A stretch of DNA of 64,000 bases. It comes from an uncultured Gemmatimonadaceae bacterium (GTDB lineage: Bacteria; Gemmatimonadota; Gemmatimonadetes; Gemmatimonadales; Gemmatimonadaceae). The stretch's first letter is position 1; each line of letters opens with the position of its first letter. Shown piece after piece: positions 41,555 through 51,884 of this stretch. The stretch lies in the NCBI GenBank assembly GCA_963843845.1, contig CAWJMB010000002.1, forward strand, positions 224,001 through 288,000, given 5' to 3'. A program made the position numbers and the translations under genes. A model generated the notes under the pieces. It saw only the letters and a program-made list of their open reading frames with translations, did not search any database and was not told the DNA's origin.

Positions 41555-41640
41555 TGACAGAGGGAACAGCAGGGCAGAAGGAGCGAACGAAAAGCGTGTA
41601 CAGTGCTTCCGTTCCCTCTGCCCTGCTGTTCCTTCTGTCA
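41555..41640. repeat. REP-like palindromic element, copy 2
   Basis: 24-bp inverted arms TGACAGAGGGAACAGCAGGGCAGA / TCTGCCCTGCTGTTCCTTCTGTCA with one G-T mismatch. Confidence 0.75.
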
Positions 41641-41668
41641 GAACACCCAGCCATAGAGCGCCATAGCA

Positions 41669-43336
41669 ATGTCTCATAGCCGTCTTTTCTCGATCGTCGC
41701 GCTGTCTCTTCTCGGCGTCGGCTGTCGCGCGGCGAGTGTGCCGCAGACCGCGCCGACGCCGCGCCCGGCCGCGCCCCCGACGACGCCGCCCGCCGCGCCG
41801 CCGCAGCTGCAGACGATGCCGCCCCTCGGCACGTTGAGCGCCCACGCGGTCGTGCCCGTGCCGACGTCGGTGGTGCCGAGCGGCGGCGCGCCGTTCACGC
41901 TCGTCGCGACGTCGACGATCGTCGCGTCGAACGATTCGGCGGCGCGCGTCGGCGAGATGTTAGGCACCCTGCTGCGCCCGTCGACCGGCTTTCCGTTCCC
42001 GGTCCGAGTGTCGAGCGTCGCGGCGCCGAGCGGTTCGATCGCGCTCCGACTCGGCGGGCCGTCGTCGTTGGGCGACGAAGGGTACGAGCTGACGATCGGC
42101 GCCGACTCGGTGCGCCTCACGGCGTTGCGTCCCGCCGGCCTGTTCCGCGGCGTGCAGACGCTGCGCCAGCTCCTCCCCGCGGCGATCGAAGCCGAGCAGA
42201 GTGCGCTCAAGATGGCGAGCGCGTGGACGGTCCCGGCGGGGCGCATCGTCGACCGCCCGCGCTTCGCGTGGCGCGGCGGGATGCTCGACGTGTCGCGCCA
42301 CTTCTTCACCGTGCGCGAGGTCGAGCAGTACATCGACCTGCTCGCGCTCTACAAGCTGAACACGCTGCACCTGCACCTCTCCGACGATCAGGGGTGGCGC
42401 ATCCAGATCGACAGCCGCCCGAAGCTCACCGCGGTCGGCGGCAGCACGCAGGTCGGCGGCGGGGCGGGGGGCTTCTACACGAAGCAGGACTACGCGGCGA
42501 TCGTGCGCTACGCAGCGGAGCGCTTCATCACCGTCGTCCCCGAGATCGACATGCCGGGGCACACGAACGCGGCGATCGCGGCATACCCAGAGATGGGGTG
42601 CAGTCGTCCGACCCCCGGTCTCGACGGCGGCGTGCAGGGGCCGACGACCTACACCGGCATCCGCGTCGGGTGGAGCGCGCTCTGCCACGACCGCGACGAG
42701 ACCTACCGCTTCGTCGACGACGTCGTGCGCGAGCTCGCCGCGATGACTCCCGGCCCGTATCTGCACCTCGGCGGCGACGAGGTCGAAGTGCTGTCGCACG
42801 AGCAGTACGCGGCGTTCGTCGAGCGCGTGCAGGGGATCGTGCAGAAGTACGGCAAGACGATGATCGGTTGGGAGGAGATCGGCCGCGCGCGGCTCCTCCC
42901 GACGACGATGGCGCAGCAGTGGCGGGGCGACACGACCGCGCTGCGCGCCGTGCGGCAGGGTGCGCGCATCGTCATGTCGCCTGGCGCGCGCACGTATCTC
43001 GACATGAAGTACACGCCGAGCACCGAGCTGGGGCTGCGGTGGGCGGGGTTCATCGAGCTGCGCACGGCGTACGAGTGGAACCCCGCGACCTACGGCGCCG
43101 GCATCGGCGAGGCGGCGATCGCCGGCGTCGAGGCGCCGCTGTGGACCGAGACCGTGTCCAACATCTCGGCCGCGCAGTATCTGCTCGTGCCGCGACTGCC
43201 GGCGATCGCGGAGGTCGCGTGGAGCGACGTGTCGACGACGGGGTGGGAGGGGTTCCGCACGCGGATCGCGGGGCACGCGCCGCGGTGGCGGTTTCTCGGG
43301 ATCAACTACTACGCGTCGCCGCAGGTGGCGTGGTGA
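41669..43336 (+). CDS. Beta-N-acetylhexosaminidase (GH20) lipoprotein
   Basis: DRPRFAWRGGMLDVSRHF, HLHLSDDQGWR, EIDMPGH, HLGGDE. Confidence 0.95.
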   Translation: MSHSRLFSIVALSLLGVGCRAASVPQTAPTPRPAAPPTTPPAAPPQLQTMPPLGTLSAHAVVPVPTSVVPSGGAPFTLVATSTIVASNDSAARVGEMLGTLLRPSTGFPFPVRVSSVAAPSGSIALRLGGPSSLGDEGYELTIGADSVRLTALRPAGLFRGVQTLRQLLPAAIEAEQSALKMASAWTVPAGRIVDRPRFAWRGGMLDVSRHFFTVREVEQYIDLLALYKLNTLHLHLSDDQGWRIQIDSRPKLTAVGGSTQVGGGAGGFYTKQDYAAIVRYAAERFITVVPEIDMPGHTNAAIAAYPEMGCSRPTPGLDGGVQGPTTYTGIRVGWSALCHDRDETYRFVDDVVRELAAMTPGPYLHLGGDEVEVLSHEQYAAFVERVQGIVQKYGKTMIGWEEIGRARLLPTTMAQQWRGDTTALRAVRQGARIVMSPGARTYLDMKYTPSTELGLRWAGFIELRTAYEWNPATYGAGIGEAAIAGVEAPLWTETVSNISAAQYLLVPRLPAIAEVAWSDVSTTGWEGFRTRIAGHAPRWRFLGINYYASPQVAW

Positions 43337-43608
43337 GAGCCGTCTGGGGCTGAGGCTTCCATCGTCTCGTGGAAGCGAGGGTCCGATCGAACCGCGGAAC
43401 GCGCGAGCTCGAGATCTCCGCGCGCAGCCGGTGCCCGGGCGCGCGATCTCACGACGTCGCGTGCAGCCCGACCGGGACCACGCAAGCCGTCCCCGGCTGC
43501 ATCATCCGCGGCGCGTCGAACCTGTCGCGCCACCGCGCGGCGGCGCAGAGTATACGCTCCCAGGCCCACCGTCGTAGCCGCGACTTCCTCACTTTCGCCA
43601 CGCCCCGC

Positions 43609-43926
43609 ATGCCTGTCTACGTCGTCGTCGACATCACCGTGACCGATCCCGCGACCTACGATCGCTACAAGGAGCTCGCCCCGCCGGCGATCGGCGCGTA
43701 CGGCGGCCGCTATCTCGCGCGCGGCGGCACCACCGAGACGCTCGAAGGGACGTGGGCGCCGACGCGGCTCGTGCTCCTCGAGTTCCCCGACGCGGACTCG
43801 GCGCGGCGGTGGTGGCGCTCGCCGGAGTACGCGGAGGCGAAGGCGCTGCGCAACGCGTCGTCGGACACGCAGATGGTGCTGCTCGACGGGCCGAGCTTCG
43901 ACCCGCGTGCCACCGCGACGGTGTAA
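43609..43926 (+). CDS. DUF1330 family protein
   Basis: YGGRYLARGG...LEG.W.P.RLVLLEFP...ARRWW.SPEY. Confidence 0.9.
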   Translation: MPVYVVVDITVTDPATYDRYKELAPPAIGAYGGRYLARGGTTETLEGTWAPTRLVLLEFPDADSARRWWRSPEYAEAKALRNASSDTQMVLLDGPSFDPRATATV

Positions 43927-44022
43927 AGCCGCGCGCGGCACGAGTAGCCGCCGCGGAGGCGTGGGGCTACGCTCATCCCGCAGCCCTACGACGCATCTCT
44001 CGCCACGCTCGCGGAGGTCGAC

Positions 44023-44730
44023 ATGTCGGAGACAGGGATCGATGGTGTGACCATCCACCCGCTCATCGCGGCTCAGGAACAGCGCGATGAGCGGGCGGTC
44101 GAGTTCCGGGGGTTTCTCGGCACGACCGGCGCTCGAGCCGTTCGCCTCTACCCCGATCTCGACACGACGTCGTACGTCGAGATCCCGAAGGACGCCGTGC
44201 TGCACTGGGAGAAGGATGCCGACGCCGTCGTCGGAAAGATTCGCGTGTACGTCGCCGCCGCGTGCGACGTGACGGAGGTCCACAGGCGCCGCGTGGTGGC
44301 GCGCTCGAGCGCGTTGTCGGTGTACGGTGCGCGGCGCGGCTCGCCGTGCGGTTGCGGTGCACGACTCACCGCCGACGAGCGCCGCCTCGCTCTCGCCAGG
44401 CCGCCACGGCCGATGACGGCTTTCACCAGGTGCGTCATCCGATGCGAGGGCGCCTTCGCGAGCATGGCTACCCGTGCGGCCGTGCTCGACGCCCGCGCGG
44501 CACAGGAGCCGGACGCGCTGAGAAGCGCACAACTCTTCAGCCAGGCGGAAGACATCAAGTCGCAGGCGAAGACGGCGCTGTACGACTGTCTGCGCCGGTG
44601 CCCCGGGCGCCCCCGTTTCCGAAGCGTTCGGGACGCCGATGGCAGGATCACGCGCCGCCCGTTCTCGATCGGCGAGCTTGCGGGGGAGATCTGTCGACGC
44701 CACCTGGGGGAAGTCAGCTGCGCGGAGTGA
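44023..44730 (+). CDS. Hypothetical protein with Cys-rich helical C-terminus
   Basis: GGAGG RBS; GFLG...RLY.DL...YVEIP..AVLH N-domain; CxC and CxxxC motifs. Confidence 0.65.
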   Translation: MSETGIDGVTIHPLIAAQEQRDERAVEFRGFLGTTGARAVRLYPDLDTTSYVEIPKDAVLHWEKDADAVVGKIRVYVAAACDVTEVHRRRVVARSSALSVYGARRGSPCGCGARLTADERRLALARPPRPMTAFTRCVIRCEGAFASMATRAAVLDARAAQEPDALRSAQLFSQAEDIKSQAKTALYDCLRRCPGRPRFRSVRDADGRITRRPFSIGELAGEICRRHLGEVSCAE

Positions 44731-44781
44731 GACGCCCCGCCGAACTCCCTGGCGACCGGGCGCAGATGTAGACTGACCGCC

Positions 44782-47700
44782 ATGCCCGAGGTCACGCTCC
44801 CCCCCTCGCCGCGACTCTTCCTCGTCGACGGCTACGCGCTCATCTACCGCGCCTTCTTCGCCCTCATCTCGCGCCCGCTGCGCACGAGCCGCGGCGAGAA
44901 CACGTCGGCGGCGTGGGGGATCGTCAGCTTCCTCAATCGCCTCATCGCGACGCACCGCCCCGAGTACCTCGGCTGGGTGCACGACAGCGGGTTGAGCTTT
45001 CGCCACGAGCAGTACCCGGCGTACAAGGCGACGCGCGAGAAGCTGACCGACGAGCTGCAAGACGACTTCGACCGCGGCATGGAGCGCATCTGCCAACTGC
45101 TCGAGGGGTATCGCATCCCGATCCTCACGCAGAAAGGCTACGAGGCCGACGACGTCATCGGCACGCTCGCGCTGAAGGGCGCCGCGGCGGGGATGAACGT
45201 CGTCGTCGTCAGCGGCGACAAGGACTTCCAGCAGCTCGTGCGGCCGGGGATCTGGCTGCTGAACCCGGGGCGCGGCGGGCCGGCGGCGGTCGACGAGCAG
45301 TGGGTGTCGGTCGAGAACGGCGCCGACCGGCTCGGCGTGCCGCCGGAGCGGACGGTCGACTACCTCGCCCTCGTCGGCGACTCGAGCGACAACGTGCCGG
45401 GGGTGAAGGGGATCGGCGACAAGGGGGCGCAGGAGCTCATCGCCCAGTTCGGCGACCTCGAGGCGATCCTCGCGAACGTCGACCAGATCACGAAGAAGCG
45501 CCCCCGCGAGGCGCTGCTCGCGCACGCCGAGGACGCGCGGCTGTCGAAGCAGTTGGTGACGATCCACACCGATCTCGAGGTGCCGCTCGATCTCGAGCGG
45601 ATGCGGCTCCAGACGCCCGACCACGAGGCGCTGAAGCCGCTGTTCGCGGAGCTCGAGTTCACGTCGCTGCTGAAAGACGCGATCGCCGCCGCGCCGGCCG
45701 AGGCGAAGCCGAGAGAGGCGGTGACCTACGAGACCGTCGACACCGTGCAGGCGCTGACGCGGCTCGTCGCGCGCGCGCGGAAGGCGCGCACGATCGCCGT
45801 CGACACCGAGACGGTGATGCCCCCCGACGCGCCGGTGAAGGTCGACCCGCTCCGCTCGAGCCTCGTCAGCCTCTCGATCGCCCTCGCGCCGGGGGAGGCG
45901 TATTACCTGCCGCTGGCGCACCGGCCGTATCTCCCCGAGCAGACCGAGCTCCTCGGCGTCGGGGAGCGGGGCGCGGGGATCGGGGATGGGGCGCTCGTCG
46001 ACGTCTCCGGCGACCGCTCACCGACGGACGCGCCGGACGATCGCGGTTTGGTGACGGGCGGTGACGAAATCGCCGGCGAGTCCGCCCCGAGTCCCGAGTC
46101 CCGAGCCCCGAAGAAGGCCGCCAGGAAGCGAGCCGCCGCCGCGCAGGAGCCCACCAGCCTCGCCGCGAGATTCCTCGCCGAGCACGGCGCCCCGCCGCCG
46201 AAGAACCTGCCGCCGCTCGACAGCGAGGCGATGGCGCCGCTGCGCGAGCTGCTCGAAGACGCGTCGGTCTCGAAGACGATGCAGAACGCGAAGTACGACG
46301 TGCTGGCACTGCGGCGCGCCGGGATCACGCTGCGCGGGCTCGACTTCGACACGATGCTCGCCAGCTACGTGCTCGACCCCGGCCGCCGCTCGCACGGACT
46401 CGACGTGCTGGCGGCGGAGTTCCTCGACTACACGATGACGTCGTACGAGACGCTGTGCGGGAAGGGGAAGACACAGCTCCCGTTCGACGTCGTGCCGATC
46501 GACGCGGCGCGCGACTACTCGTGCGAGGACGCGGACATGACGCTCAGGCTGCGCGAGATCTTCGAGCCGCAGCTCGCGTCGCACGGCCTGACCGAGCTGT
46601 TCCGCGACGTCGAGGTGCCGCTCGTCTGCGTGCTCGCCGACATGGAGTGGGCCGGCATCGCGATCGACGTGCAGCACTTCGCGTCGCTCAAGACGCGCTT
46701 CCAGGCCGAGCGCGAGCGGGTCGAGCAGGAGATCTACGTCGAGGCGGGCGAGGAGTTCAACATCAACTCCAACCTCCAACTGCGCGCCATTCTCTTCGAG
46801 AAGCTCGGCCTGCCGTCGAAGAAGCGCACGTCGACGGGGCCGTCGACCGACGCGAGCGTGCTGCAGGAGCTGGCCGACGACGGGCACGTGATTCCGCAGC
46901 TCCTCATGGAGTATCGCGAGATCTTCAAGCTCGAGGGGACGTACATCGACACGCTGCCGGCGCTCGTGCACCCGGAGACGGGGCGCATCCACACGTCGTA
47001 CAGCCAGGCGGTCGCGGCGACCGGCCGGCTGTCGTCGAACGACCCGAACCTGCAGAACATCCCGATCCGGCGCGAGTTGGGCCGGGACATCCGCGCGGGG
47101 TTCGTGCCGCGGAAGGGGTGGAAGCTGATGGCCGTCGACTACTCGCAGATCGAGCTGCGGCTGCTCGCGCACTTCTCCGAGGACCCGGCGTTCGTCGAGG
47201 CGTTCCGTTCGGGCGGCGACATTCACCGGCAGACGGCGGCGATCATCTTCGGCGTGCCGTTAGGCGACGTCACGAAGGAGATGCGCGGGCGCGCGAAGAC
47301 GATCAACTTCGCGACGATCTACGGGCAGGGGGCTCACGCCCTGTCGCGCCAGCTCAAGATCACGAACGCCGAGGCGCGCGAGTTCATCGAGACGTACTTC
47401 GAGCGTTTCAGCGGCGTGAAGCACTACCTCGACAGCCGGTCGAGTTCGCGCGCGAGCACGGCTACGTCGAGACGTTGTTCAAGCGGCGGCGGTACATCCC
47501 CGAGCTGTCGGAGCGCAACTTCAACATCCGCGCGTTCGGCGAGCGCGTCGCGCAGAACGCGCCGATCCAGGGCTCGGCGGCGGACCTCATCAAAGTCGCG
47601 ATGATCCGCATCGCCGAGGTGCTGACGCGGCACAGGCTGAACGCGCGGATGCTGCTGCAGGTGCACGACGAGCTCGTGTTCGAGGTGCCGGTCCCCGAGA

Positions 47701-47810
47701 TCGACGAGGTCGGATCGCTCGTCCGCGCCGAGATGGCCGGGGCGGCGACGCTGTCGGTGCCGCTCGACGTCGAGGTCGGCGTCGGCGACAACTGGCTCGA
47801 GGCGAAGTGA
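44782..47810 (+). CDS. polA: DNA polymerase I (frameshift near 47437)
   Basis: LVDGYALIYR, EADDVIG, GDSSDN, TGRLSS.DPNLQN, DYSQIELR, QVHDEL. Confidence 0.97.
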
Positions 47811-47843
47811 CGCGTGGTGACGCGTGGTGACGCGTGGGGACGC
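47807..47843. repeat. 10-bp tandem repeat GTGACGCGTG x3+
   Basis: Starts at the polA stop codon. Confidence 0.8.
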
Positions 47844-47886
47844 GCGCGCGTCTAGTAGAAACTCCGTTCCTCCTCGTCGACTCATC

Positions 47887-48270
47887 ATGGCATCGCGTCG
47901 TCCCGGCTTCACGCTCATCGAGCTGCTCGTCGTCGTCGTCATCATCGGCATCCTCGCGGCGATCGCGATCCCGCGCTTCGCCGATACGAAGGGGAAGGCC
48001 AACGTCGCGCGCGTGAAGAGCGACCTGCACAACCTCGCGACGGCGCAGGAGAGCTATTTCTACGAGCACCAGAACTACACGTCGAGCGTCGCGCTGCTGA
48101 ACGTGACGCCGTCGCAGGGGGTGGTGCTGACGGTCGTCGAGGCGACGCCGACGGGGTGGTCGGCGACGGCGGTGCACCCGGCCGCGGTGCCCGTGACGTG
48201 CTCGCTGTTCTACGGCGCCGCGACGCCGCTCGCGCCGGCGACGGTCGCCGGGCAGATCACCTGTCGCTGA
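47887..48270 (+). CDS. Type IV pilin-like protein
   Basis: G|FTLIELLVVVVIIGILAAIAIP prepilin motif. Confidence 0.92.
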   Translation: MASRRPGFTLIELLVVVVIIGILAAIAIPRFADTKGKANVARVKSDLHNLATAQESYFYEHQNYTSSVALLNVTPSQGVVLTVVEATPTGWSATAVHPAAVPVTCSLFYGAATPLAPATVAGQITCR

Positions 48271-48344
48271 CCGACGCGCGACGGGGCGGGGACTCCGCGT
48301 CGGCGGGACCCGTCTGGCGCGAGTTCCCACGCCGCCGCGACGGG

Positions 48345-48578
48345 ATGCTGCACGCGATGGACGGTGGCCTCTGGCTGCACCGTCACGTGTGGCGCGGCAC
48401 GCCGATGGCACACCTCGTCTCGAGCGATCGCGCCGCGCTGCTCGCGTACGGCCGCGAGGCCGGCATCCCCGCCGGGCGCCTGCAGTACAAGCCGCTCAAG
48501 GACCCGCGCACGGGCGAGCGGCGACCGGCGTGGCACTGGGACCTCATCGGGCGATTCCTGCCCGTCCGAGCGAGATGA
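48345..48578 (+). CDS. DUF4031-like small protein
   Basis: AHLVSSD...L...G...GI...LQ...HWDL. Confidence 0.6.
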   Translation: MLHAMDGGLWLHRHVWRGTPMAHLVSSDRAALLAYGREAGIPAGRLQYKPLKDPRTGERRPAWHWDLIGRFLPVRAR

Positions 48579-48598
48579 ACGGTTCGATCGCCTGACCA

Positions 48599-49918
48599 TC
48601 AGGTCCCCTGCGCGCGCGCCCGCCCCGCCGCGACGTTCACGCGCGTGAGCAGCGCGATGCCTAACACGAAGAACACGACGACCGACAGGATCCCGTGACG
48701 GCTCGACCCGCCGAACCGCACGACGAGCGCGAACAGGAGCGGCCCGAACAGCCCCGAGAACTTCTCGAACACGCCGAAGAAGCCGAAGAACTCGCCCGAG
48801 CGCGCCGGCGGCACCATCATCCCGAACAGCGAGCGGCTGAGCGCCTGCGTCCCGCCCTGCACGAGCCCGACGAGTAGCGCGAGCAGCAGGAAGTGTGTCG
48901 CCGTCCGCATGTAGTAGCCGAGGATGGCGATCACGACGTAGACGAGGAGCCCTGCGATCACGCTTCGCTTCGCGCCGACGCGCCGCGCGAGCGCCCCGAA
49001 CGCGAACGAGCACGGCACGCCGACGAACTGCACGACGAGGATCGCCGTGATGAGCGCGCTCTGGCCGATCCCGATCTCGGTGCCGTAGGCCGTCGCCAGC
49101 TTGATGATCGTGACGATGCCGTCGTTGTAGAACATGAACGCGACGAGCAGGAGCGCCGCCTGCCGATAGCCGCGCAGCTCGCGCAGCGTCTGCCCCAACC
49201 GTACGAACGGCGCGACGAACACGCTCTTTCCCGCCTCGCCGGGCTCACGCGTCGCCGGCGGCTCCGGCACGCCGCGCAGCACGGGGATCGTGAACAGCAG
49301 CCACCACACCGCGACGCTCACGAACGCCAGCCGCGTCGGCAGCGTCGCCTCGCTCGGCGACAGTCCCTCGCCGGTCGGGAGGCCGAACGCGCCCGGCGCC
49401 GTGATCCACGCGAGCTGCGCCGCGAGCAGCACGCCGCCGCCCAGGTAGCCGATCGCGTAGCCCGCGGTCGACACGCGGTCGATCTCGTCGTCGTGCGCGA
49501 TGTGCGGCAGCAGCGCGCCGTAGAACGCCATGCTCCCCTGCGCGCCGATCATCGCGGCCGAATAGAGCACGCTCGCCAGCAGCACGTCGCCGCGCTCGAC
49601 GAAGAACATCCCCGCGCACGCCGCGGCGCCGAACAGCGCGAACACGACGAGCAGCCGCTTCTTCGCCGCCGAGTGGTCCGCGAGGGCGCCCAGCAGTGGC
49701 GACAGCACCGTGATGAGCAGCAGCGCGGCCGTGTTCGCGAGCGCGAGCCGCTCGGCGCCCCTCCCGCTCGTCAGCCCGGCACTCGCCACCTTCACGAAGT
49801 AGATCGGGAAGACGGCCGCCATCACCGTCGTCTGCATCGCCGAGACGGCCCAGTCGTACCAGGCCCAGGCGCGCTGCTCGGGGGTGCGGAGCCCGAGCGA
49901 AGTGAGGGCGGAGTTCAT
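48599..49918 (-). CDS. MFS transporter (UMF1/ATG22-like)
   Basis: AWAWYDWA, FYNDG, QGGTQALSRS, GEFFGF; about 12 TM. Confidence 0.9.
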   Translation of the reverse strand: MNSALTSLGLRTPEQRAWAWYDWAVSAMQTTVMAAVFPIYFVKVASAGLTSGRGAERLALANTAALLLITVLSPLLGALADHSAAKKRLLVVFALFGAAACAGMFFVERGDVLLASVLYSAAMIGAQGSMAFYGALLPHIAHDDEIDRVSTAGYAIGYLGGGVLLAAQLAWITAPGAFGLPTGEGLSPSEATLPTRLAFVSVAVWWLLFTIPVLRGVPEPPATREPGEAGKSVFVAPFVRLGQTLRELRGYRQAALLLVAFMFYNDGIVTIIKLATAYGTEIGIGQSALITAILVVQFVGVPCSFAFGALARRVGAKRSVIAGLLVYVVIAILGYYMRTATHFLLLALLVGLVQGGTQALSRSLFGMMVPPARSGEFFGFFGVFEKFSGLFGPLLFALVVRFGGSSRHGILSVVVFFVLGIALLTRVNVAAGRARAQGT

Positions 49919-50065
49919 GGACGCAAGCGTAGGAGCGTCGTGTGATGACTGCAACCGGGGGCGTTGCGACGGTGGGACGCGCTGCTCGACGGCGTGAGGC
50001 TCGCCGTGCCGTAATGCGTCGAGTAGTGCGTCCCGCCGTTCCACCGCCGCCGTAGATTGTCCCCG

Positions 50066-51052
50066 ATGCGCGCCATCCTCGCCTCTCGCTGCCCCCTCGT
50101 GCTCGGCGTCGCGCTCTCCCTCGCCGCGTGCGACCGTCGCACCCCGGCTCCCCCCGCCGACTCGGCGACCGCGCCCGTGCCGACGGTGGCCCCGGAGTCG
50201 ACGCCTGCCGCCCCGCTGCTCGTGTCGGGGTGGGACCGCGACGCCGGTGCCGCACTGCTCGTCGCCGGCGAGGACGGCGAGGCGCTCGTCGTCGTGCCCG
50301 GCGAGCCGGGGACCGAAGGGGGCGATCGCACCGCCGGTCGTGCCGCCGACGTGCTCCCCGCCGAGGTCGCGCTGTTCACTCGCGCCGGCGCCGCCGGCCA
50401 CGCGAGAGCGACGCCGAGCGAGGCGCCGGGAAGCTGCAACTGGCCGACCGCGCGACTCGGTCCCGTCTCGGGGGGCGACGCGCTGCCGGCGTGGACCGTC
50501 GGCTTCGTCGGCGGGACCCCGGCGTCGCTCGCGCTCGACTCGATCGAGGGAAGCGCGGCTCGCGACTCCGCGGCGCTCGCCGCGACCGTCACGCGCCTCG
50601 TCGCGGCGCTCGAGGACGACACCGTCCGCACGCTCCGCGGCGTGCCGTTCACCGTGCGCTCCGCGCGGCGCTTCACGTTCGGCGACGGACGCGAGGGACT
50701 CGTGGCGATCGTCACGCGCGCGCTGAACCAGGAGGCGTCGCCGGTCGCGGAGCAGGTGCTGCTCGTCGCCGAACGAGGACGGGGGAGCGGCACGGAGGGC
50801 ACGCCGTCGACCACGCCCGCCGGCGCCGCCAACTCGACGCCGTGGATGGTGGCGTATCACGAACGCGACGCCGGCAGCGCGGACGCCGTGCTCGCGACCG
50901 ACGTGCTGAGCGCCGTCGCGATCGGCCCCGACGCGCGGCCGACGCTCGTGCTCGCCCGCGCACTCGCCGACGGCAGTCGTTACGGCCTGCTCGAGCGCAC
51001 CGGCGACCTCGCATGGCGTCTGCGGTGGACGAGCGCGGTGCGACGATGCTGA
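50066..51052 (+). CDS. Hypothetical lipoprotein
   Basis: Lipobox LAAC; overlaps the next gene. Confidence 0.6.
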   Translation: MRAILASRCPLVLGVALSLAACDRRTPAPPADSATAPVPTVAPESTPAAPLLVSGWDRDAGAALLVAGEDGEALVVVPGEPGTEGGDRTAGRAADVLPAEVALFTRAGAAGHARATPSEAPGSCNWPTARLGPVSGGDALPAWTVGFVGGTPASLALDSIEGSAARDSAALAATVTRLVAALEDDTVRTLRGVPFTVRSARRFTFGDGREGLVAIVTRALNQEASPVAEQVLLVAERGRGSGTEGTPSTTPAGAANSTPWMVAYHERDAGSADAVLATDVLSAVAIGPDARPTLVLARALADGSRYGLLERTGDLAWRLRWTSAVRRC

Positions 51053-51840
51053 CGCGCGCGGCGCGGCGGGCGGTCGGTGCGGGGTTCGCGGCGGCGCTCG
51101 CTACGACGGTCGCCGCCTGCGCGCCCGCGGTCCGTCCGGCCCCTGCGCCGTCTCCCGCGCCCGCGCCGGCCGCGCCGCGCACGACGCCCGCCGCGACCGG
51201 GCCGACCGTTCCCCCGCCGGCGGCCGCGGTGCCGGCGGCGGCATCGACACCCGACGCCCCGCCGCTCGCGTCGGACGCGGCGGCCGAGTCGCTGCTCGTC
51301 GACCTGACGGCGCTCGACGCGACGATCCGTACCGACGTGCGCTACGCGACGCCGTACAACTTCACCGGCGCCGTGCTCCCCGGCTACGACGCGCCGCGCG
51401 CGCTCCTCCGCCGCGAGGCCGCGCAGGCGCTCGTTCGCGTGCAGACCCGCCTCCGCGCGGACTCGCTCGGGCTCCTCGTCTACGACGGCTATCGCCCGGT
51501 GCGCGCGACCGAGGCGATGGTCGCCTGGACCACGCGCAAGCGGCGCGAGGACCTCGTGCGCGACGGCTACATCGCCGCCCGCAGTCGCCACAACCTCGGC
51601 CTCGCGGTCGACCTCACACTCGTCACGCTCGTCGGCGGACGGGAGCTGAAGATGGGGACCGCGTTCGACACGTTCTCCACGAGCGCGCACACCGCGAACG
51701 CGTCGGGCGAGGTCGCGGCGAACCGTCAGCGCCTCGTGCGCGCGATGGCGGCGGAGGGGTTCACGAATCTGCCCGAGGAATGGTGGCACTTCAGCTATGC
51801 GGTGCCCGACCCGCTGCGCTTCGACCTTGTGATTCGGTGA
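51046..51840 (+). CDS. D-alanyl-D-alanine dipeptidase (M15D, VanX/DdpX-like) lipoprotein
   Basis: YDGYRP, SRHNLGLAVD, MGTAFD, EWWHF. Confidence 0.92.
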   Translation: MLTRAARRAVGAGFAAALATTVAACAPAVRPAPAPSPAPAPAAPRTTPAATGPTVPPPAAAVPAAASTPDAPPLASDAAAESLLVDLTALDATIRTDVRYATPYNFTGAVLPGYDAPRALLRREAAQALVRVQTRLRADSLGLLVYDGYRPVRATEAMVAWTTRKRREDLVRDGYIAARSRHNLGLAVDLTLVTLVGGRELKMGTAFDTFSTSAHTANASGEVAANRQRLVRAMAAEGFTNLPEEWWHFSYAVPDPLRFDLVIR

Positions 51841-51884
51841 CCCGTCGTATCTTCCGTACTCTCTCTTCGTTTCGAGGATTCTGC

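Noticed and set aside
51046..51840. VanX as a vancomycin-resistance determinant
   Set aside because: No vanH/vanA/vanRS nearby; a lipoprotein M15D dipeptidase in a diderm organism
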